DNA of 64,000 nucleotides from NCBI RefSeq assembly GCF_055900595.2, contig NZ_CM148325.1; one strand, 5' to 3'. Shown piece by piece: positions 57,503 to 64,000 of this stretch (position 1 is its first letter; each line of letters starts with the position of its first letter). The notes under the pieces were generated by a model. It saw only the letters and a program-made list of their open reading frames with translations, ran no database searches and was not told where the DNA came from. The position numbers and the translations under genes were made by a program.

Positions 57503-57880
57503 TTACAAATATAGATAAAGTCTGACTTTGTGCGCCCCCAGAAAATTGGCGCTGCCGTACAGCGTTACCGCCGAATGTGCGGGAATGGTAACGCTGCGTG
57601 GCCTTTCCAGAGGATGCATCTCCAGCCCTCTGGCGTCATACCAGTAAAAACGATAATGAACGGTAACGGGTTCTTGCCTTTCGTTATAAAGCGTTGAGGA
57701 TGCTGAAGGTTGAATATCAGACGTCGAAAGGACGGGCTTTTCTGCACTGATGCCCGCAGCCAATAAAGATGACTCCATCACCAGCGATTGCTCATCATTC
57801 ACCGGAATTTCCGGATGTGAACGACAGCCCACCAGCAGTAACAACGCCAGAGACACCAGCCCAAAGCATCCTTTTCTCAT
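57503..57880 (-). CDS. ycfL: Lipoprotein YcfL
   Basis: 125 aa, MRKGCFGLVSLALLLLVGC lipobox. Confidence 0.9.
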   Translation of the reverse strand: MRKGCFGLVSLALLLLVGCRSHPEIPVNDEQSLVMESSLLAAGISAEKPVLSTSDIQPSASSTLYNERQEPVTVHYRFYWYDARGLEMHPLERPRSVTIPAHSAVTLYGSANFLGAHKVRLYLYL

Positions 57881-57882
57881 CG

Positions 57883-58242
57883 TTACAGACCTTTATGCGC
57901 CAGCATGGGTCCCAGCGGACGGCCACCCAACAAGTGCATATGGATGTGGTAAACCTCTTGTCCGCCATGGCGGTTGGTGTTCATGATCAGACGATAGCCA
58001 TCTTCGGCAATACCTTCTTGCTCAGCAATTTTTGCCGCTACGGTGATCATGCGTCCCAGCGCCTGCTCATGCTCAGCTGACACGTCGTTCACAGTCGGAA
58101 TGAGGATATTCGGAATGATCAGAATATGCGTTGGCGCTTGCGGCGAAATATCGCGAAACGCCGTTACCAGATCATCCTGGTAGACGATATCAGAGGGGAT
58201 CTCACGACGAATAATTTTGCTGAATATAGTTTCTTCTGCCAC
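57883..58242 (-). CDS. hinT: Purine nucleoside phosphoramidase HinT (HIT family)
   Basis: ORF 57883..58260; 119 aa from GTG ([24 protein letters not shown]...); HIT motif HIHMHLL. Confidence 0.93.
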   Translation of the reverse strand: MAEETIFSKIIRREIPSDIVYQDDLVTAFRDISPQAPTHILIIPNILIPTVNDVSAEHEQALGRMITVAAKIAEQEGIAEDGYRLIMNTNRHGGQEVYHIHMHLLGGRPLGPMLAHKGL

Positions 58243-58450
58243 GACATTTTCCTTTTTCAAATAGCCATGCGTTGCGCCATGCTACGCCGCGCCACACTGC
58301 GAGTATAGAGTATGGTCGAGTTAAACCTGCTCTTTCAACCTTAACTAACGATTTCTTAAGCAAAAAATCGTTTTGCTGCCGTATATATCGCCATTATTCC
58401 CATTTCTGCCTGCGAATGCGCTGAAAAGACTTTCTCTGTTTGGTTTACAC

Positions 58451-58486
58451 GTCAAATATGAATGCGTATATTTCTCATTTGCATTT
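58451..58486 (+). promoter_or_regulatory. Putative Fur box in the fhuE promoter
   Basis: AT-rich aatatgaatgcgtatatttctcatttgc about 100 bp upstream of fhuE; weak match to the Fur consensus; fhuE is Fur-regulated in K-12. Confidence 0.3.
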
Positions 58487-58575
58487 ACACACAAAATTAT
58501 TCGCACACTAAATATAACCGCTCATCACCCTCCTCCGGCATGAGCCTGACGACAACATAAACCAAGAGATTTCAA

Positions 58576-60765
58576 ATGCTTTCAACACAATTTAACAGGG
58601 ATAATCAACATCAAACCACCTCCAAACCGTCACTGCTTGCCGCCTGCATAGCACTGGCACTCTTACCTTCCGCCGCTTTTGCTGCACCAGCCACTGAAGA
58701 AACGGTGATTGTTGAGGGTTCCGCCACTACTCCAGTTGATGACGAAAATGATTACAGCGTAACGTCTACCTCTGCGGGTACCAAAATGCAGATGACTCAA
58801 CGTGATATTCCTCAGTCGGTCACTATTGTTAGTCAGCAGCGGATGGAAGATCAGCAGTTACAAACGCTGGGCGAAGTGATGGAAAACACGCTGGGGATCA
58901 GCAAAAGTCAGGCGGATTCCGATCGTGCTCTTTATTATTCCCGCGGATTCCAGATCGATAACTATATGGTTGATGGTATCCCCACCTATTTTGAATCGCG
59001 CTGGAATCTGGGCGACGCACTTTCTGATATGGCACTGTTTGAACGCGTAGAAGTAGTGCGTGGCGCGACAGGACTCATGACCGGTACGGGTAATCCATCT
59101 GCGGCAATTAATATGGTTCGAAAACACGCGACCAGTCGTGAATTTAAAGGCGATGTCTCGGCAGAATACGGTAGCTGGAACAAAGAACGGTATGTGGCGG
59201 ATTTACAAAGTCCACTCACCGAAGATGGTAAAATCCGCGCGCGAATTGTCGGCGGCTACCAGAATAACGACTCATGGCTGGACCGCTACAACAGTGAAAA
59301 GACCTTCTTCTCCGGCATTGTTGATGCTGATTTAGGCGATCTTACGACGCTTTCAGCCGGTTACGAATATCAGCGCATTGATGTTAATAGCCCAACGTGG
59401 GGCGGTTTACCGCGCTGGAATACTGATGGCAGCAGCAACAGTTACGATCGCGCACGCAGTACCGCACCTGACTGGGCGTACAACGATAAAGAGATCAACA
59501 AGGTCTTTATGACCCTGAAGCAGCGGTTTGCTGATACCTGGCAAGCGACACTGAATGCCACCCACTCCGAAGTCGAATTTGACAGCAAAATGATGTATGT
59601 CGATGCCTATGTAAACAAAGCGGATGGTATGCTGGTTGGGCCATACAGTAATTATGGACCTGGCTTTGATTATGTCGGCGGCACCGGTTGGAACAGCGGC
59701 AAACGTAAAGTTGATGCGCTGGATTTGTTCGCTGACGGTAGTTATGAATTGTTTGGTCGTCAGCACAATCTCATGTTTGGTGGCAGTTACAGCAAACAAA
59801 ACAATCGTTACTTCAGTTCATGGGCCAACATCTTCCCGGATGAAATTGGCAGTTTCTACAACTTTAATGGCAATTTCCCACAAACCGACTGGTCACCACA
59901 GAATCTGGCGCAGGACGATACCACACATATGAAATCGTTATATGCTGCCACTCGTGTCACCCTTGCCGATCCGCTGCATCTGATCCTCGGCGCACGTTAT
60001 ACCAACTGGCGGGTTGATACGCTGACTTATAGCATGGAGAAAAACCACACCACGCCTTATGCTGGACTGGTGTTTGACATCAATGATAACTGGTCGACCT
60101 ACGCCAGCTATACCTCTATTTTCCAGCCGCAAAATGACCGTGACAGTTCAGGCAAATATCTGGCTCCAATCACCGGTAACAACTACGAGCTGGGTCTGAA
60201 ATCGGACTGGATGAATAGCCGTCTGACCACCACGTTAGCCATCTTCCGTATTGAGCAGGATAATGTCGCTCAGTCCACCGGTACACCTATCCCCGGCAGC
60301 AACGGCGAAACCGCCTATAAAGCGGTGGATGGGACAGTCAGTAAAGGTGTGGAATTTGAACTCAACGGCGCAATTACCGACAACTGGCAGCTGACGTTTG
60401 GCGCAACGCGCTATATTGCAGAAGATAACGAAGGAAACGCCGTTAATCCTAATCTGCCACGCACCACGGTTAAAATGTTCACCAGCTATCGGTTGCCTGT
60501 CATGGCAGAGTTGACGGTCGGCGGTGGTGTTAACTGGCAAAATCGCGTGTATACCGACACCGTGACACCGTATGGCACCTTCCGCGCCGAGCAAGGTAGC
60601 TACGCGCTGGTGGATCTCTTCACCCGCTACCAGGTGACGAAAAACTTCTCGTTACAGGGGAACGTCAATAACCTGTTCGACAAAACCTACGATACGAACG
60701 TGGAAGGTTCTATCGTCTACGGCGCACCGCGTAATTTCAGCATTACCGGCACGTATCAATTCTGA
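58576..60765 (+). CDS. fhuE: TonB-dependent ferric coprogen/rhodotorulic acid receptor FhuE
   Basis: 729 aa; signal peptide, TonB-dependent receptor with C-terminal ...TGTYQF. Confidence 0.96.
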   Translation: MLSTQFNRDNQHQTTSKPSLLAACIALALLPSAAFAAPATEETVIVEGSATTPVDDENDYSVTSTSAGTKMQMTQRDIPQSVTIVSQQRMEDQQLQTLGEVMENTLGISKSQADSDRALYYSRGFQIDNYMVDGIPTYFESRWNLGDALSDMALFERVEVVRGATGLMTGTGNPSAAINMVRKHATSREFKGDVSAEYGSWNKERYVADLQSPLTEDGKIRARIVGGYQNNDSWLDRYNSEKTFFSGIVDADLGDLTTLSAGYEYQRIDVNSPTWGGLPRWNTDGSSNSYDRARSTAPDWAYNDKEINKVFMTLKQRFADTWQATLNATHSEVEFDSKMMYVDAYVNKADGMLVGPYSNYGPGFDYVGGTGWNSGKRKVDALDLFADGSYELFGRQHNLMFGGSYSKQNNRYFSSWANIFPDEIGSFYNFNGNFPQTDWSPQNLAQDDTTHMKSLYAATRVTLADPLHLILGARYTNWRVDTLTYSMEKNHTTPYAGLVFDINDNWSTYASYTSIFQPQNDRDSSGKYLAPITGNNYELGLKSDWMNSRLTTTLAIFRIEQDNVAQSTGTPIPGSNGETAYKAVDGTVSKGVEFELNGAITDNWQLTFGATRYIAEDNEGNAVNPNLPRTTVKMFTSYRLPVMAELTVGGGVNWQNRVYTDTVTPYGTFRAEQGSYALVDLFTRYQVTKNFSLQGNVNNLFDKTYDTNVEGSIVYGAPRNFSITGTYQF

Positions 60766-60777
60766 ATAACACCTGTA

Positions 60778-60806
60778 ATAAATATCCTCCGGCATAGCCG
60801 GAGGTT
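60778..60806 (+). terminator. Rho-independent terminator of fhuE
   Basis: cctccggcatagccggagg followed by ttttt. Confidence 0.75.
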
Positions 60807-61486
60807 TTTCAAATGCGCCTGTAAGGCTCTGTTACCAGCCGCGCCCTAACAGGCGCATACGATCTGACATTTGCATTCAACTTCGTTACTTACGGCCCGT
60901 AAACGGGCTGCCCGGATATGGAATCGATAACTGCTCCCCCATTTTATCCTCTTCAAGCTGGTGCTTTATGTAGTCCTGTATCTTCGCCGTGTTCTTACCC
61001 ACCGTATCGACATAGTACCCTCGGCACCAGAACTCCCTGTTTCTGTATTTGAATTTCAAATCCCCAAACTGCTCGTAAAGCATCAGACTGCTTTTCCCTT
61101 TCAGATATCCCATAAAGCCGGATACGCTCATTTTGGGTGGGATTTCCACAAGCATATGGATATGATCTGCGCAGCACTCTGCTTCCAGAATCCGTACGCT
61201 TTTCCACTCACACAGCTTTCTCAAAATACTGCCTATCGCCCTACGCTTCTCTCCGTAAAACGCCAGTCTTCGGTATTTCGGCGCAAAAACTATGTGATAT
61301 TTACAGTTCCAGCGGGTGTGCGCTAAGCTCTTTTCGTCCCCCATTGGGACCCCCTTTTGATTTCTTGTTTGACACTTGCAGTTGCCAGACCGCAAGGTGT
61401 TTTAACAAATCAAAAGGGGTTTTAATAACTGGCTCAAAGCTGAAAGCTTTCCGGAACCCCCAGCCTAGCTGGGGGTTTTCTGTGCA
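60807..61486 (-). mobile_element. IS200 (IS200/IS605 family); boundaries approximate (+/- 20 bp)
   Basis: Lies exactly between the fhuE and ptsG terminators; 152-aa Y1 transposase; left-end hairpin cccccagcctagctggggg at 61459..61477 upstream of tnpA; right-end hairpin atgcgcctgt...acaggcgcat at 60822..60866. Confidence 0.85.
60886..61344 (-). CDS. tnpA: IS200 transposase TnpA (HUH/Y1)
   Basis: ORF 60886..61395; 152 aa from MGDEKSLAHTRWNCKYHIVFAPKYRR...; HxH motif (DHIHML) and catalytic Tyr region. Confidence 0.9.
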   Translation of the reverse strand: MGDEKSLAHTRWNCKYHIVFAPKYRRLAFYGEKRRAIGSILRKLCEWKSVRILEAECCADHIHMLVEIPPKMSVSGFMGYLKGKSSLMLYEQFGDLKFKYRNREFWCRGYYVDTVGKNTAKIQDYIKHQLEEDKMGEQLSIPYPGSPFTGRK

Positions 61487-61518
61487 CAAAAAAGGCAGCC
61501 ATCTGGCTGCCTTAGTCT
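61487..61518 (-). terminator. Rho-independent terminator of ptsG
   Basis: Minus strand aaggcagccagatggctgcctttttt. Confidence 0.75.
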
Positions 61519-61535
61519 CCCCAACGTCTTACGGA

Positions 61536-62969
61536 TTAGTGGTTACGGATGTACTCATCCATCTCGGTTTTCAGGTTATCGGATTTAGTACCGAAAATCG
61601 CCTGAACACCAGAACCAGCAACCACTACGCCCGCTGCGCCCAGTTTCTTCAGGCCAGCCTGATCCACTTTAGACACATCAGCAACGCTGACGCGCAGACG
61701 GGTAATACATGCGTCGAGGTTAGTGATGTTTTCTTTACCACCAAACGCAGCAACCAGAGCCGGTGCCATTTCGCTGGTACCTGTCGCTTTTGCATCATCA
61801 GTCGCGTCTTCACGACCCGGCGTTTTCAGATCCAGTGCTTTAATCAGCACGCGGAAGATGGTGTAGTAAACAATTGCATAACCGATACCGACGATCGGGA
61901 ACAGCCACAGTTTGCTGCTGTTACCAGACAGAACGATGAAGTCGATCAGACCGTGCGAGAACGACGTACCGTCACGCATCCCCAGAAGAATACAGATTGG
62001 GAATGCCAGGCCTGCCAGAATCGCGTGGATGATGTACAGGATAGGCGCAACGAACATGAAGGAGAACTCGATCGGCTCGGTGATACCGGTCAGGAACGAG
62101 GTCAGCGCCGCGGAGATCATGATACCGCCCACTTTCGCGCGGTTTTCCGGTTTAGCAGAGTGCCAGATAGCAATTGCGGCAGCTGGCAGACCGTACATTT
62201 TGAACAGGAAGCCGCCAGACAGTTTACCCGCAGTCGGGTCACCCGCCATATAACGCGGAATGTCGCCGTGGAAAACCTGACCTGCAGCGTTGGTGTATTC
62301 ACCAATCTGCATCTGGAAAGGTACGTTCCAGATGTGGTGCAGACCAAACGGTACCAGGCAACGTTCGATGAAACCGTAAATGCCAAACGCAACTACCGGG
62401 TTCTGGTAAGCAGCCCACTGAGAGAAGGTCTGGATTGCAGAACCAATAGGCGGCCAAATGAAGGACAGCACAACGCCAGTAAATATGGCAGCCAGGCCTG
62501 AAATGATCGGCACAAAGCGTTTACCGGCAAAGAAGCCAAGATACTCAGGCAGCTTAATACGGTAGAAACGGTTAAACATGTACGCTGCGATCGCACCGGA
62601 GATGATCCCCCCGAGTACGCCAGTATCCGCCAGGTGTTTAGAGGCGATTTCTTCAGCAGGTAAATGCAGTACCAGTGGCGCAACCACGGCCATGGTTTTA
62701 ACCATGATGCCATAGGCAACAACTGCGGCCAGCGCGGATACGCCATCGTTATTGGTAAAGCCGAGGGCGACACCGATCGCAAAAATCAGTGGCATGTTTG
62801 CAAAGACGGAACCGCCTGCTTCTGCCATAACATGCGATACAACGGCGGGCAGCCAGCTGAAATTCGCGGAACCGACGCCCAGCAGAATACCTGCGATAGG
62901 CAGTACGGATACCGGCAGCATCAGCGATTTACCGACCTTTTGCAGGTTAGCAAATGCATTCTTAAACAT
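61536..62969 (-). CDS. ptsG: PTS glucose-specific EIICB component
   Basis: 477 aa, [44 protein letters not shown]... Confidence 0.97.
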
Positions 62970-63063
62970 AATTGAGAGTGCTCCTGAGTATGGGTGCTTT
63001 TTTTACGTTCTCACGCGTGGCAAGGGGGGAGAGCCTCGCCGTGTACAGGGCATCTAAGCGCCC

Positions 63064-63089
63064 TTTATTTATTACACAGAGTAAAATAA
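63064..63089. promoter_or_regulatory. Mlc (DgsA) operator-like palindrome in the ptsG promoter
   Basis: tttatttattacacagagtaaaataa; TTATTT...AAATAA palindrome about 100 bp upstream of ptsG; ptsG is Mlc-repressed in K-12. Confidence 0.5.
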
Positions 63090-63263
63090 TTCAGTGCCGA
63101 TTTGTTTGACGGCTATCACGTTTCAACTTCAGATCATTGGAGAAGTTGCACATTTTGACAAAACATATGTCACAATATTTCAAACGTGGTTATTCACCGC
63201 CCAATTTTCGGCGGTGAACTTTACTCGTTTTAGCCATTAATTACGAGCTTTAAAAAAACTCAT

Positions 63264-64000
63264 TCAACGGATGGATTGAAGGCGGGAAGCGTCGATGTGA
63301 AACAGACGGGCGAAGTTATCGGTGGTTACCTGCGCCAGTTCTTCAACGGCAACACCTTTCAACACAGCCATGTATTCTGCAACGTCACGAACCATCGCAG
63401 GTTGATTCTCTTTTCCTCGATGCGGAACCGGTGCAAGGTAAGGTGAGTCAGTTTCTACCAGTAACCGATCGAGGGGGACATAACGCGCGGCATCGCGCAG
63501 TTGCTCCGCATTACGGAAAGTCACAATGCCGGAAAAGGAGATGTAAAATCCGAGATCCAGTAATTTACCCGCCGTTTCTCTGTCCTCTGTAAAACAGTGT
63601 AGTACGCCACCGCAATCCGTCACTTTTTCTTCGCGCAGAATTGCCAGCGTATCGGCGCGGGCGTCACGGGTGTGGACGATAACCGGCTTGTTCAGTTCAC
63701 GACCAATCTGGATATGATGGATGAAGGACTCTTGCTGCCGTACTTTAGTTTCCGGCGTGTAATAATAATCCAACCCGGTTTCACCCAGCGCAACAACGCC
63801 CTCTTCTGCCGCCAGACGGCGTAAATCTTCTACATCGTAGGGATCATTCTGGTTGAGTGGATGCACGCCACAAGAAAATACGACGTTGTCACGTTCGCCT
63901 ACCAGATCCCGCATGTGTAAATAACCCGGTAATGTTGTGGCGACTGCCAGACAAAATTTCACATCGCGTGCGGCGGCTTTCGCCAGAACGTCATCCACGT
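63264..64000 (-). CDS. ycfH: TatD-family metal-dependent DNase YcfH, partial; N-terminus beyond the window end
   Basis: ...[46 protein letters not shown]...; the frame is open to the window edge. Confidence 0.85.
   Translation of the reverse strand, partial: VDDVLAKAAARDVKFCLAVATTLPGYLHMRDLVGERDNVVFSCGVHPLNQNDPYDVEDLRRLAAEEGVVALGETGLDYYYTPETKVRQQESFIHHIQIGRELNKPVIVHTRDARADTLAILREEKVTDCGGVLHCFTEDRETAGKLLDLGFYISFSGIVTFRNAEQLRDAARYVPLDRLLVETDSPYLAPVPHRGKENQPAMVRDVAEYMAVLKGVAVEELAQVTTDNFARLFHIDASRLQSIR

Noticed and set aside
61137-62501. 454-aa plus-strand ORF
   Set aside because: Antisense to ptsG and IS200 tnpA; composition-driven artefact.

Overview
This window is an Escherichia coli chromosomal segment, collinear with the reverse complement of the K-12 ycgJ-minCDE ... 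icd ... phoPQ-potABCD-lolCDE-mfd-ndh-fhuE-ptsG-ycfH region. Most genes are conserved core genes with near-K-12 protein sequences. The accessory content is: (1) a ~4.7 kb AIDA-I/Ag43-type autotransporter gene between minE and ymgG whose passenger and beta-barrel parts are in different frames; (2) a ~6.3 kb islet between ycgX and icd, bounded by a duplicated icd 3' end, carrying an AriR-family paralog, an IraM-like gene, trkG, a degenerate stretch and a 458-aa tandem-repeat protein I cannot assign; (3) a ~2.8 kb insertion in the rluE 5' end carrying a small overlapping gene pair and an intact IS3-family element with a 4-bp target-site duplication; (4) an IS200 copy between fhuE and ptsG. No e14 prophage, no ycfZ-ymfA, no CRISPR array and no tRNA or rRNA gene were seen. 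I did not find a clearly defined novel multi-gene system; the strongest candidates for undescribed biology are the 458-aa protein and the small gene pair beside the IS3 element. All identifications rest on reading the ORF translations and sequence against remembered family knowledge; no database search was run, and K-12 comparisons are from memory.
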